Assembly (NCBI GenBank): GCA_963662665.2 | Contig: CAXXJS010000019.1 | Span: 23,450-87,449, forward strand | Direction: 5' to 3' | Source: Candidatus Latescibacterota bacterium | GTDB lineage: Bacteria > Latescibacterota > UBA2968 > GCA-2709665 | DNA length: 64,000 nucleotides | Shown: positions 10,219 to 20,257 of the stretch, in pieces | How positions within the stretch are numbered: the first letter of the stretch is position 1 | Layout of the letters: each line of letters begins with the position of its first letter | Program-made: the position numbers and the translations under genes | The notes under the pieces: generated by a model | The model's input: the letters and a program-made list of their open reading frames with translations, nothing else | Told to the model about the DNA's origin: nothing | Databases searched by the model: none

Positions 10219-11082
10219 TCACGCGCCGTCGGAAAAGGGCATAAGTTTACGCCCTCTGGTGGGATGTCGGAGCTTTCGGAGCGCCTTTTCCTTGATCTGG
10301 CGGATGCGTTCACGGGTAAGCCTGAACCGGATGCCGATTTCTTCAAGTGTCATTTCGGCATCGCCGCCCAGGCCGAAATAGAGTCGAATGACTTCGCGTT
10401 CCCTTTCTTCCAGTGTTTCCAGCGCCGCGAAGATCTCATCTTCAAGTGAATTCTGCAGGAGAAGACGGTCGGGCGATTCCTGATTTTCATCCGTCATGAT
10501 TTCGAGCAGGCTGTTTTCCTCGTCTTCGCCGAAGGTCATGTCGAGCGAAAGGACGCGCTGCCCGCTGGCGAGGGTATCGACGACCTGTTCGACCGAGATG
10601 TCCAGTTCCTCCGCGATTTCTTCTTCGGGAGGTCGCCCGGACGTCTCCTGCTGCCGGTTGTTCACATAGCGGGAGATGCGCCGCAGAAGGTCCACCCGGT
10701 TGAGCGGAAGACGCACGACCCTGGAATGTTCCGCCAGGGTCTGGAGGATAGACTGGCGAATCCACCAGACCGCGTAGGAAATAAACTTGAACCCCCTGGT
10801 CTCGTCGAACCGTTCCGCCGCCGTGATGAGCCCCAGGTTGCCCGCACTGATTAAATCCGCAAGCGGTACGCCCTGGTTCTGATACTCGCGGGCCACGGTA
10901 ATGACAAAACGAAGATTGGCCTCGACAAGCTTCCTGCGTGCTTCGAGGTCTCCCTTCTTGATGCGGCGGGCGAGAAAGACTTCCTCCTGGGCCGTCAGGG
11001 GCTCGGACGAGGCAACGTCTTCCAGATAGCGGTGCAATGAATCTTTCGACCCATCGCGGTAGATTCCGCTCTTTCCGGCCAC
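10219..11082 (-). CDS. RNA polymerase sigma-70 factor, short RpoD/SigA type
   Basis: ANLRFVITVA, DETRGFKFISYAVWWIRQSI, LTRERIRQIKEKALRKLR; GTG 11082 with GAGGTGA RBS. Confidence 0.92.
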   Translation of the reverse strand: MAGKSGIYRDGSKDSLHRYLEDVASSEPLTAQEEVFLARRIKKGDLEARRKLVEANLRFVITVAREYQNQGVPLADLISAGNLGLITAAERFDETRGFKFISYAVWWIRQSILQTLAEHSRVVRLPLNRVDLLRRISRYVNNRQQETSGRPPEEEIAEELDISVEQVVDTLASGQRVLSLDMTFGEDEENSLLEIMTDENQESPDRLLLQNSLEDEIFAALETLEEREREVIRLYFGLGGDAEMTLEEIGIRFRLTRERIRQIKEKALRKLRHPTRGRKLMPFSDGA

Positions 11083-11482
11083 GATGATCACCTCGAATGG
11101 ATGCGCGATTGGTGGATGGGATTCTGAAACCGGCGGGAGGATGTATGGCATGATACCAAAATTAAATATTTGGCGTTTCCGTTGAGTTGTCAAGCGAAAT
11201 TTCCGATGCGTACTGCGGACTTCCTCTTCTGACTCAATGCGGCCCTTCCGCCGGCGCCAGACGGCGTAATTTCCCGTTCGCTACGTTGCCGTTTCAGCTC
11301 GTTCCATTGCCGGAGCCAGCCGCAATACAGGCGGTACGGCCGGGCCTGGACTGACTGCGAATTTCGTCTGGTGTAAATTACGCTCTCCCGTTTCAGATCA
11401 CTGTTTCCAATTACGTCACATGTGTTTCGTCCGATTCCGCACTGCGCTGCGCGGCGGATGACGGCGCGTGGAGGCATACCAA

Positions 11483-12541
11483 ATGGACGTGCCAATTGAT
11501 GGTTCCCGTTTATTGAAGTTGCTGGAAAAACTCCTGATGGCCCATGCCCCCCCGGGGGCCGAAGGCGAAGTCGACGCCATTGTGATGGATGAGGTGGGAT
11601 CCCTGACGGCGTCGGTCTGGCAGGATGCGGCAGAGAGCATCGTGGTTCATTTCAAGGGCCGCGGGGATGGCGCGCCGGTTGCCGTCACCGCCCATAAGGA
11701 CGAGATCGGCCTTATGGTCAAGCGCGTACAGGACGACGGGCGTCTGCGCGTCCGTCCGCTGGGCGGGCTCCATCCATGGGCGGTGGGCGAGGGGCCGGTC
11801 GACGTCTTGACCGAAGGCGATACGGTGGCTGGCATCCTGTCCGTAGGTTCCAAGCATGTTTCCGAAGAGAGTCCGGCTGGTTCACTGAAAGCGGGCAAGG
11901 CGATAAAATGGGAGACGTTCTGGATCGAGACCAAACGTTCCGCCGGGGATCTGCGGGATCTGGGTGTGCATCGGGGCAGTAAGGCCGTCCTGGCGCGGTC
12001 GCGAAAACAACCCGTGTTCATGGGGGATTTCATTTGCGGATACAATCTCGATTGCAGGGCCGGGCTGGCCGTCCTGCTCGAGGCGGCAAGGCAACTGGCC
12101 GAAACGCCGCCGCCGCGCGATGTGTATCTTATCGCAAGTTCCGAGGAGGAGATCGGCGCGCAGGGCGCCGCCTTTTCGATCGGACAACTGCCCGCTCAAA
12201 CGGCGATCGCGCTGGATATCGCACCGGTGGCCGAAGAATACCAGCTTGAGAATTGCGCTGATCCGGTTCTGCTTTGGGGGGATGCATCGGGGGTTTACCA
12301 CGAACGCACGTTGCGTCACCTGGACGGGCTGGCGTCCCGCATGGGTTTCGAAACGCAGCCGGCGGTCGTGACTTCCTACGGGAGCGACGCAAGTATTTCG
12401 AAGCGGACCGGGTCGGCCGGCCGGTCGGCCTGCATTGCGTATCCCGGCGAGAATACCCACGGGTACGAGATCTGTTCGGTGGAAGGGATTCTGAATTCGG
12501 CGCGGCTGCTGATTGCGTATCTGATGCATCCGCTGGATTGA
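11483..12541 (+). CDS. M42 family metallo-aminopeptidase
   Basis: AHKDEIG, LDCRAG, EEEIG, LDIA, NTHG metal-binding motifs. Confidence 0.85.
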   Translation: MDVPIDGSRLLKLLEKLLMAHAPPGAEGEVDAIVMDEVGSLTASVWQDAAESIVVHFKGRGDGAPVAVTAHKDEIGLMVKRVQDDGRLRVRPLGGLHPWAVGEGPVDVLTEGDTVAGILSVGSKHVSEESPAGSLKAGKAIKWETFWIETKRSAGDLRDLGVHRGSKAVLARSRKQPVFMGDFICGYNLDCRAGLAVLLEAARQLAETPPPRDVYLIASSEEEIGAQGAAFSIGQLPAQTAIALDIAPVAEEYQLENCADPVLLWGDASGVYHERTLRHLDGLASRMGFETQPAVVTSYGSDASISKRTGSAGRSACIAYPGENTHGYEICSVEGILNSARLLIAYLMHPLD

Positions 12542-12590
12542 GTATCGACACGCGGGCGGAAGGAGAGCCGGGTCATCGGTAAAATTAACT

Positions 12591-13340
12591 ATGCTTTTTG
12601 AGAATAAAAAAGGTCAATATCGATTCCTGAAGGGAATAGATCCATATTCATGCGGCGTCGTTTCCGTCCCCGGTTACGAGGTCATCCACGCGACGTTCGA
12701 GGACGCGCAGCCATGGCGTGACGGGTTTGAAAGGGTGGACGCACATCTGCGTGAACGGGGCCGCGAGAGGCATGCGCTGTGCGGAGTGGTACTGCGCTGC
12801 CCGAAACCGCATCCGATGGAAGGGTTTATAAGGTTCAACGAAGCCTATTGCGGTCTCTTGAGATCCTGGTCCCTGCATGTGGACGGGATGAACCCGGTGG
12901 CGCGAACCAATGTTGCACCGCTGTACGGTCCGCCGGGAGAGACGGTGATGCACGGGTTTTCATACACCAGGCCTTGCCGCGAAGAAAACGGCCGTACGTT
13001 CGTTATTGCGGGCGCGGGTGAGCTGTTTGAAGGCGAATTGGTTAACGACGGCATCGTGAGGCGGGGCGAGACTGGCGCGGACGCGATGCGGGAGAAGGCG
13101 GCATACGTGGTGCAGGTGATGGCGGATCGGCTGGCGGGTCTGGGGGCGACCTGGGATCAGGTGACAACCGTGGATGTTTACACGGCGCACCGGTTGGGCC
13201 GTGGGCTGGACGAGGTCGTTTTGTCTGGCGTTGGAGCGGCGCAGCGTCACGGCCTCAGGTTGTATCGGGCGCGACCGCCCGTGCTCGGGATTGAATTCGA
13301 GATGGATATACGGGGCGTCAGGCGTGAAATCCGCATTTGA
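12591..13340 (+). CDS. CnbZ-like (2-amino-5-chloromuconate deaminase family / RidA-like) protein
   Basis: PYSCGV, GF..FN..Y, NPVARTNV, AGAGE, RPPV..IEFEMD pattern. Confidence 0.7.
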   Translation: MLFENKKGQYRFLKGIDPYSCGVVSVPGYEVIHATFEDAQPWRDGFERVDAHLRERGRERHALCGVVLRCPKPHPMEGFIRFNEAYCGLLRSWSLHVDGMNPVARTNVAPLYGPPGETVMHGFSYTRPCREENGRTFVIAGAGELFEGELVNDGIVRRGETGADAMREKAAYVVQVMADRLAGLGATWDQVTTVDVYTAHRLGRGLDEVVLSGVGAAQRHGLRLYRARPPVLGIEFEMDIRGVRREIRI

Positions 13341-13449
13341 GGTCGCCTGCCGGCCAGGGCTCCGGGCCTCCTCAGGGGTGCGATTCGCCAGCATTCACGA
13401 GACGGGATGAATCGGCGGTCGAATGGTGAGGAATTTTTGGGACAGAACA

Positions 13450-14418
13450 CTAAGGGATCAGGAGTACCTTTCCCTTCGTTCGCCTGCCTTCAAGTAGCAG
13501 GTGGGCTTCCCGGGCATCCGAAAGGGGCAGCGTACGGTCGATCCGCAGATTGAGCTTCCCGGATTGAATCCAGCCAAGCACTTCCCCGGCGCGAAGTTCC
13601 AATTCCTCCCGGCTCGCAGTGTAGTCGACGAGGGTCGGGCGCGTCATGAAGATTGAACCGAGACGGCTAAGCAGCAGCGGATCGACCGGCGGCACCGGAC
13701 CGCTGGCATTGCCGAAAAGCACGAGGTAGCCCCTGGGACTCAGGCAATTCATGCTCTTTTCCCACGTGGTTTTCCCCACCGAGTCGTATGCGACGTGTAC
13801 GCCCCGGCCGCCCGTGAGCCGTTTGACTTCGGCTTCGAAATCCTGTTCGGTGTATCTTATGATTTCATCCGCTCCGGCGTCCCGGGCCAGTTGCGCCTTT
13901 TCTTCCGTCGACACCGTCCCGATGACGCGCGCGCCCCGCATTTTCGCCATCTGAACCAGAATGAGTCCCACGCCCCCCGCGGCTGCGTGGATAAGAACGG
14001 TGTCTCCTTCCAAAACGACGCACGTACTGTGAACGAGATAGTGGGATGTCATCCCCTGGAGCATTGCGGCCGCTCCGGCGGCGGCATCCACGCCATCAGG
14101 AAGTTTGACGAGGCTCTTCTGTGGAGCGGCCACGAATTCGGCATATGAGCCGGGAACGCTGGCGTAGGCTACGCGGTCACCCGGCTGGAAGTCGGTGACT
14201 CCCGAACCCGGCGCCGCCACCGTGCCGGCGGCCTCGAGGCCGGGGATAAATGGCAAGTCGAGCGGATAGAGGCCGGTGCGGTGGTAGGTGTCTATATAAT
14301 TCAGACCGATCGCTTCGATTTCGACCAGGACCTCACCCGGGCCGGGTTCAGGAGTCGGCACTTCAATGTAGTTCAGTACTTCAGGTCCGCCGGTGCGGGA
14401 AACTTGAATCGCTTTCAT
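13450..14418 (-). CDS. qor: NADPH:quinone oxidoreductase (zeta-crystallin type)
   Basis: GLNYIDTY.R.GLY, HAAAGGVG, YDSVGK, FGNASG, TRPTL. Confidence 0.9.
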   Translation of the reverse strand: MKAIQVSRTGGPEVLNYIEVPTPEPGPGEVLVEIEAIGLNYIDTYHRTGLYPLDLPFIPGLEAAGTVAAPGSGVTDFQPGDRVAYASVPGSYAEFVAAPQKSLVKLPDGVDAAAGAAAMLQGMTSHYLVHSTCVVLEGDTVLIHAAAGGVGLILVQMAKMRGARVIGTVSTEEKAQLARDAGADEIIRYTEQDFEAEVKRLTGGRGVHVAYDSVGKTTWEKSMNCLSPRGYLVLFGNASGPVPPVDPLLLSRLGSIFMTRPTLVDYTASREELELRAGEVLGWIQSGKLNLRIDRTLPLSDAREAHLLLEGRRTKGKVLLIP

Positions 14419-14437
14419 GGAAGTCTCCTTACTGTGT

Positions 14438-16651
14438 TCAGTGCGTGGCCGTTATGCCGAGAGAGATGCGTCTGGGAGACGCCAGATTTCGTTCGACAAC
14501 GGCGTAATTGTAAGCCAGGGCGTTATGTGCCTTCAGTACCACCTGGACCTGTCCCAGCGCGTATGCGGCCGAGAGGTCGAGCAGATAAACCGGTATGAGA
14601 TCACGGTTCCCTTCGGGCAGGAGTCCGGACGCTCGCAGGATTCGGCTTCTGAACCTGAACCGGCCTTCCAGGGTGAGCCGACGGAACGAGGTCTGCAATC
14701 CGGCGGAGGCAACGTGCCGGGGGCGATAGGGCAGCGGCATGTCGCCCCCGGGCAGATTCTCGGTCGCGCTGATGAAGGTATAGTTCCCTTCGAGGCGCAC
14801 CGGATCCACCGCTGCTGCCAGGCTCGTCTCGAGGCCGGCGGTTCGGCCCCTGCCGACGTTCCTGAAACTGACGCGTCCCGTTGCGTCCGGCCGGGCTTCG
14901 ACAAGCTCGTGAAAGCGGCTCCAGAATACTGCGGCACTGACGTGTGACCATGATGTCGGACGGTGATCGAGGGCGACTTCCGTGGAGATGCTTCTTTCCG
15001 CCACAAGGCCGGTATTGGGAACGATTGGAATGGCGGAGAAGGTGGCGTTGGTGTAGATTTCCGCGATCGAGGGGCCTCTGAACCCCCATCCGAAAGTCGA
15101 GCGCAACGTGGTACGCCTGGACGTGCGATAGGAGAAACCCAGCTTGGGGCTGAGACGATTTTCGGCGTCCCGGTCGTCGGTGCGATACCGGTCGAAGCGG
15201 CTGCCCGCTGACAGCGTAACCCGATCCGCGGCATCGATTTCCGCCTGGGCATAGGCGGCCAGATTTAGCCCGGTGTGATTGCCGAAGAGGTGGTCCGAAG
15301 AATGTACGACGTCGTAAATCCACTGCGTTCCAACGGTTAACGCCACCTTGCCGGCGGGCTGGAGGTCCAGCTGGAGTTCCTGGCCGAGCTTGTACGCTTC
15401 CGACGACGTTCGACGGCCGATTTCGTTGTCGAATTCCGTGCGATACACAAACGACTTGAGCCTGTAGCCCGAATGCGGGTTGAGCAGGTGATAAAAGTCG
15501 ACGTTCAGGTTCAACTTCTGGGATATGGTTTTATCGTTTTTTGCACTGTCAGGCACTTCCAGGGGCTCGTTCCGGTCTTTCCACAGGACGAAGGTTCCGT
15601 GATCGTCAAGGGCCCAGTTGCAGGTTGCGGTGAACGTTGCCGCGGCCTCGAAGCGATGCCTGAGTTTACCGAAGAGTTTATATCTCCTGTGCCACGCGTT
15701 TTCTCTGAATCCGTTGGTCCACTTCTGGCCTGCGCCAAGAATGAAGCCGGTGTTGCCGGACCGCCTGGAGTGGCTGACGTCAGTGCCCTCGAAGTACCGC
15801 CCGGTCGACGACCATCGCCACTCCGGATGGCCGGGTTCGCTGTATCGCCCTCCCAGAAACCGGAAGGTCGTCTCCGGCTCGGGCGACGGATTTCTGGTGA
15901 TGACGTTGATGATGCCGCCGAGCGCGCCGGTGCCGTATAGAGCGGACCCGGCCCCCTTGATGATTTCAACCCGGGCGATCTGATCGATAGGGATGGCGTC
16001 CCACTTGACGTCGGCGTTGTCTGCAGATAGCGCCGGAAAGCCGTCGATCAGCATAAGCACGCGGCTTCCCGTTCCCCTGGAATAACCGCTGGACCCCCTG
16101 ATATTAACCTGCCCTCCCACCATATTTACACCGGGCACATATTCCAGGGATTCGTTCAGAGTGACGGAATTGTCCGACTGGAGTTCCTCGGCGCCGATGA
16201 GCGATACGCTGGTCGGCGCGTCGACGACGTTTCGCGCTCGCTTGCTGGCGGAGACCACGATGGCGGGGATCTGTATAGGTGTGGACGCGAGTCGGACGGA
16301 CAGCCGGAGGGTTTCCTCCGCGGTTACCAGAACGTCTTTGGATACATGCGGTGCATATCCCAGCAACGAGACGGACACGGTGTAGACGCCCGGCGGCAGA
16401 CCGGTCAGGCTGAACCCGCCGGAGACGTCGGTTTCCGTTCCGATGCCGGTGCCGAGCAAAACGATGCTGGCGCCCGGCAGCGGTTCACCGGTTTTCTCGT
16501 CGGTTGTTCGTCCGACCATCGTACCGGTGGTTTCCGCCCGCAGCGCTGAGCCCGGAAAGAGAAGGCAGAGGAGGCAGAAAACCCGTGCAAATGTGCCGGT
16601 CAGGCCGATCGGCGCCCTGCACGAGGTCGAAATAGGTTTGAATGTCGACAT
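14438..16651 (-). CDS. TonB-dependent outer-membrane receptor with N-terminal carboxypeptidase-regulatory-like domain
   Basis: GEPLPGASI, IVVSASK, plug NIRGS and RVEIIKGAGSALYG.GALGGIINVIT, barrel strands; start uncertain. Confidence 0.9.
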   Translation of the reverse strand: MSTFKPISTSCRAPIGLTGTFARVFCLLCLLFPGSALRAETTGTMVGRTTDEKTGEPLPGASIVLLGTGIGTETDVSGGFSLTGLPPGVYTVSVSLLGYAPHVSKDVLVTAEETLRLSVRLASTPIQIPAIVVSASKRARNVVDAPTSVSLIGAEELQSDNSVTLNESLEYVPGVNMVGGQVNIRGSSGYSRGTGSRVLMLIDGFPALSADNADVKWDAIPIDQIARVEIIKGAGSALYGTGALGGIINVITRNPSPEPETTFRFLGGRYSEPGHPEWRWSSTGRYFEGTDVSHSRRSGNTGFILGAGQKWTNGFRENAWHRRYKLFGKLRHRFEAAATFTATCNWALDDHGTFVLWKDRNEPLEVPDSAKNDKTISQKLNLNVDFYHLLNPHSGYRLKSFVYRTEFDNEIGRRTSSEAYKLGQELQLDLQPAGKVALTVGTQWIYDVVHSSDHLFGNHTGLNLAAYAQAEIDAADRVTLSAGSRFDRYRTDDRDAENRLSPKLGFSYRTSRRTTLRSTFGWGFRGPSIAEIYTNATFSAIPIVPNTGLVAERSISTEVALDHRPTSWSHVSAAVFWSRFHELVEARPDATGRVSFRNVGRGRTAGLETSLAAAVDPVRLEGNYTFISATENLPGGDMPLPYRPRHVASAGLQTSFRRLTLEGRFRFRSRILRASGLLPEGNRDLIPVYLLDLSAAYALGQVQVVLKAHNALAYNYAVVERNLASPRRISLGITATH

Positions 16652-17051
16652 TTTTCGTGGTTTCACCCAGTTGAACCCGAACCGGTGTGGGCAGGGTGTC
16701 GTTGCCAACGTGGTAACAGCCGAGCAGGGAGTCGAAATTCCAGAAGCCGCCATCGGGACGCCAGGCCACCACAATCCACTCGTAAGCGCCGGGCTCTTCA
16801 AGGGGAACGAAATATTCGTAACGCACCGCGCCGATGGTCACGGTCGTGTCCCAGCCCGCGATACTAAAGAAATCGGCCAGGGTCTGCGGGCGGCGCCTGT
16901 AGACCGCCACGGCGACGTCGGCGGTCTCCGGCGGCCATTCGCCATTAAAAATCAGGGTTCCCTTGATGCCCGTACCGTCGGGAGGCCCCGGACCCAGGCC
17001 GCCGCCACAGGCGGTCAGCACGAGAAGGACCATTGGAATGAAGCGTTTCAT
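16485..17051 (-). CDS. hypothetical lipoprotein
   Basis: MKRFIPMVLLVLTAC lipobox; precedes and overlaps the TonB receptor. Confidence 0.65.
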   Translation of the reverse strand: MKRFIPMVLLVLTACGGGLGPGPPDGTGIKGTLIFNGEWPPETADVAVAVYRRRPQTLADFFSIAGWDTTVTIGAVRYEYFVPLEEPGAYEWIVVAWRPDGGFWNFDSLLGCYHVGNDTLPTPVRVQLGETTKNVDIQTYFDLVQGADRPDRHICTGFLPPLPSLSGLSAAGGNHRYDGRTNNRRENR

Positions 17052-17199
17052 GTCGGATACGCGGCCGGCTGGCGGCGTTTCAGAATTCGTGCGGAATGGT
17101 TGCCGCCACGCTGGTTTTCCTTGACATGGCCCGGGGTTCAAAATAAGTTTCATCAGGATGTCAACGTGTCTGTTCGGCGTTCAATCGGGAGGTCGCTCA

Positions 17200-18294
17200 A
17201 TGACAATTTCAGCGCTTCGGGCAGCCAAACTGGCGGCGGGCGCGGTTTTCGAACGGATTGACGGCACGGAGACGGCAGCTCACTACGGCGATGCCGCATC
17301 CGAGTACGCTTCGGTTCGAGAAGCCGCGGGTCTGGTCGATCGGTGCGACAGGGGCCATCTGTTCGTTACCGGCACGGACCGTGCGCGTTTTTTGCATGGG
17401 ATGTTGAGCAATACGGTCGAAGGGCTGGCAGCGGGAGAGGGAAACTATGCGACGATGACGACACCTCGGGGCCAGACATTGACCGACGTATGGGTCTATC
17501 GGAACGCGGAAGGGTTCCTGCTGGAGACGGAGCCCGGTTTGCAGGTGAAGCTGATGGCGTCCCTGGATAAATACCTTATTGCGGATGACGTCGATATAAA
17601 GGACGTTACAGGGGAACTGGCGATATTGGGCGTACACGGCCCCGGCGCCCGCGCGCTCATTGTGCCTTTGGTGGGTGATGTGCCCACCGGACTTGCGGAT
17701 TGCCATACCGTCGTCCACATGATGGATGGCGTGGATGTGTCCGTGACCGCGCGCTCCTATACGGGAGAGCCCGGCTACGATCTCCGGGTAATGGCTGACA
17801 AGGCCCCGCGGCTGTGGAATGCCCTGATGTCTGCGGGCGCACGCCCCATTGGGTTTCAGGCAATGGAAGCGTTGCGAATAGAGTCCGGAATTCCACGTTA
17901 CGGAGCGGACGTGGACGAGCGGGTTGTACCGCTGGAAGCAGGCCTCCATCATGCGGTCGATTTCACAAAGGGATGTTTTATTGGCCAGGAAACTATCGCC
18001 AAGATGCAGAATCTGGGCAAACCCAGACGGTATCTGGTCGGCCTGCGCCTTGAGACAGAGAAAGTTCCGCCGGCTGAGACACCCCTCCGTGACGGCGAAA
18101 AACAGGTCGGGTGGATTACGAGCAGCATTCGTTCCCCTGCCACGGGGCGGACGGTTTCGCTCGCCTCCGTCCGCCGCGGATACGAACAGCCCGGCCGATC
18201 TCTGTCTGTCGATGGGGAAGGTCGGGCCGAAGTCGTCGAACTGCCGTTTTTTCGTCGACACGAAGCACGACCCGGACCCGATCCATCAACCTAG
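17200..18294 (+). CDS. GcvT/YgfZ-type folate-binding aminomethyltransferase family protein
   Basis: G.DRARFLHG, LRIESGIP, KGCFIGQE (YgfZ motif); TTGACA-17-TAAGTT upstream at 17121. Confidence 0.88.
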   Translation: MTISALRAAKLAAGAVFERIDGTETAAHYGDAASEYASVREAAGLVDRCDRGHLFVTGTDRARFLHGMLSNTVEGLAAGEGNYATMTTPRGQTLTDVWVYRNAEGFLLETEPGLQVKLMASLDKYLIADDVDIKDVTGELAILGVHGPGARALIVPLVGDVPTGLADCHTVVHMMDGVDVSVTARSYTGEPGYDLRVMADKAPRLWNALMSAGARPIGFQAMEALRIESGIPRYGADVDERVVPLEAGLHHAVDFTKGCFIGQETIAKMQNLGKPRRYLVGLRLETEKVPPAETPLRDGEKQVGWITSSIRSPATGRTVSLASVRRGYEQPGRSLSVDGEGRAEVVELPFFRRHEARPGPDPST

Positions 18295-18387
18295 GATAAA
18301 GGTGGAATTCGGCGATGTCAAGGTCTTTCTGTCAAAACAGGCCCCAACTGCAGGTGGCGGCCTTTTTGGCCGGAATCCAGAGGGTTG

Positions 18388-18416
18388 TTGACTCTGCACA
18401 TTTGTTCATTTATATT
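18388..18416 (+). promoter_or_regulatory. sigma-70 promoter for the fol/pan operon
   Basis: TTGACT-17 nt-TATATT. Confidence 0.6.
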
Positions 18417-18531
18417 GATTATTGATAGCGGGACGAGAGTGGCGCCTCCCCGACGGCGCCGGTATCGTAACATGAGGCAATTTGAGACGTGCAAGGTAGC
18501 CGGCATCCGCTGGTGATGGCTGAGATTGGCA

Positions 18532-18888
18532 ATGGGAAACGACGTGTTGCGCCTGAGAAATATGAAGTTTTTCGCCTACCATGGGCTATTTCCCGAAGAG
18601 GCGAAATTGGGGCAGTGGTTTGAGGTGGACGTGGAAGTCTTCGCGGACTTTCGGGGATATGCCCGCGACGGCGCCGCTGCAGCCGTCGACTATTCGCGGA
18701 TCTACGAAACGACGCAGGCGGTTGTAACGGGGGAACGCTTCGGTCTGGTGGAGGCCCTGGCCGACCGCATCGCGGAGGTGCTGCAGTCGAACCTTCAGCT
18801 GAAGCGCCTGCGGGTACGGGTTCGCAAACCCAATCCGCCCATACAGGCGGTATTCGATGGCGTGGAAGTCGAAGTGGAGCGGGGATGA
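18532..18888 (+). CDS. folB: dihydroneopterin aldolase
   Basis: FFAYHG.FPEE..LGQ.F.VD, VDYS, VRKPNPP. Confidence 0.92.
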   Translation: MGNDVLRLRNMKFFAYHGLFPEEAKLGQWFEVDVEVFADFRGYARDGAAAAVDYSRIYETTQAVVTGERFGLVEALADRIAEVLQSNLQLKRLRVRVRKPNPPIQAVFDGVEVEVERG

Positions 18889-18893
18889 CCTGT

Positions 18894-19038
18894 CAGCCCG
18901 TTGATAAAGTCCATCCGGGCTGCGTCCGGACCTTGTGACCGAATCACTGCGTTGCACACCCTCGCCGAATCCCCGATTCGACGCGGTCGCACGCCTTGTC
19001 TTCGGGCTCGCCTGCCGTGCGACTTTTTCAACGGACCG
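18894..19038. mobile_element. MITE copy 1 (145 bp)
   Basis: Ends CAGCCCGTTGATAAAGTC...GACTTTTTCAACGGACCG, flanked by CTGT/CTAT; shares internal sequence with the copies at 29483 and 56266. Confidence 0.8.
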
Positions 19039-19040
19039 CT

Positions 19041-19553
19041 ATGGCGCTCGCTTACATCGGTGTGGGGGCGAATCTTGAAGACCGTGCGGCCGCGTTACGC
19101 AGGGCGACGGCCACGTTGGACGCGCACGATAGACTTGAAGTGAGAGGCGCCTCTCCGGTTTATGAAACTGCGCCTGTCGGGGTAACCGAACAGCCGATGT
19201 TTCTGAACGCGGTGCTTGCCCTGGAAACAGACCTCGACGCGCATTCACTGCTGGAATGTCTGATGGATGTGGAAAGGCGGTTCGGAAGAATCCGCCGGCT
19301 GAGGTGGGGTCCGCGGATCCTGGACCTGGATATCCTTCTCTACGGTAATGAGTTAATCCGGAGTCAAGGTTTGCAGATACCCCATCCGAGGTTACACAAG
19401 CGGGCTTTCGTTCTGGTACCGCTTTGCGACTTGACGCCGGAAGGTCGTCATCCCGTGTTCGGCAAGACCTTCGCGGACCTGGCCGAATCGATCGGTCCCT
19501 CGCAGGTTGTTCGAAGACTGGATGGAGTTTCGCTGTTATCTGTTTGCACATAA
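19041..19553 (+). CDS. folK: HPPK
   Basis: YIGVGAN, YETAPVG, QPMFLNAV, WGPRILDLDILLY, IPHP. Confidence 0.93.
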   Translation: MALAYIGVGANLEDRAAALRRATATLDAHDRLEVRGASPVYETAPVGVTEQPMFLNAVLALETDLDAHSLLECLMDVERRFGRIRRLRWGPRILDLDILLYGNELIRSQGLQIPHPRLHKRAFVLVPLCDLTPEGRHPVFGKTFADLAESIGPSQVVRRLDGVSLLSVCT

Positions 19554-19564
19554 AGGCGCAATTA

Positions 19565-20206
19565 GTGGCCGTACGCTATCTCGCAATCGAAGGGCCCCCT
19601 TGCGTGGGCAAGACCGAACTTGCCCGCCTGCTCGGAAGGTCCATGCAGGCGCGCCTGGTTCTCGAAGAGGCGGAAGAGAATCCTTTTCTGCCCCTTTTTT
19701 ACGAAAATCCCGAACACTACGGGTTTCAGACGCAGGTCTTCTTCATGCTCCACCGGTACCGGCAGCAGCAGGACTTGCACCAGATGGACCTGTTCGAATC
19801 CACGGTGGTCAGCAACTACCTGTTCGCCCGGAGCGGCATTTACGCCCATGTGTGCCTGAACGACGCTGAGCTGTCCCTGTACGAGCGGATGGCAGAGACG
19901 CTTCAGGAGAAGGTACCGAATCCCGACCTGGTAATATACCTCCACAATTCGACCGAGGATCTTCTGCAGCGAGTTCGAAAGCAGACGCCGGCGTACGAAC
20001 GCCTGATGACCGAAGCCTACCTTGCGCGGCTTGTCGAGGCGTACACCCATTTCTTCTTTCACTATACCGAGTCGCCGTTGCTCATCATCAACGTGTCACA
20101 GGTCGACCTCGTACGGAATCCGGAGGGCCTGGAGGCATTGCTGCAGCAAGTGAAGGCGCCACCTGCCGGCACCCGCTACTACAGTCCGTTTCAAATTGAG
20201 GCCTGA
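19565..20206 (+). CDS. deoxynucleoside kinase family protein
   Basis: IEGPPCVGKT, ENPFL..FY, TQ.FF...R, PDLVIYL; typical folK neighbour. Confidence 0.88.
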   Translation: MAVRYLAIEGPPCVGKTELARLLGRSMQARLVLEEAEENPFLPLFYENPEHYGFQTQVFFMLHRYRQQQDLHQMDLFESTVVSNYLFARSGIYAHVCLNDAELSLYERMAETLQEKVPNPDLVIYLHNSTEDLLQRVRKQTPAYERLMTEAYLARLVEAYTHFFFHYTESPLLIINVSQVDLVRNPEGLEALLQQVKAPPAGTRYYSPFQIEA

Positions 20207-20257
20207 AGGCGGCATGCGGTTATGGAACTGGGATTTACAGATAAGGGAGTTCGAAGC

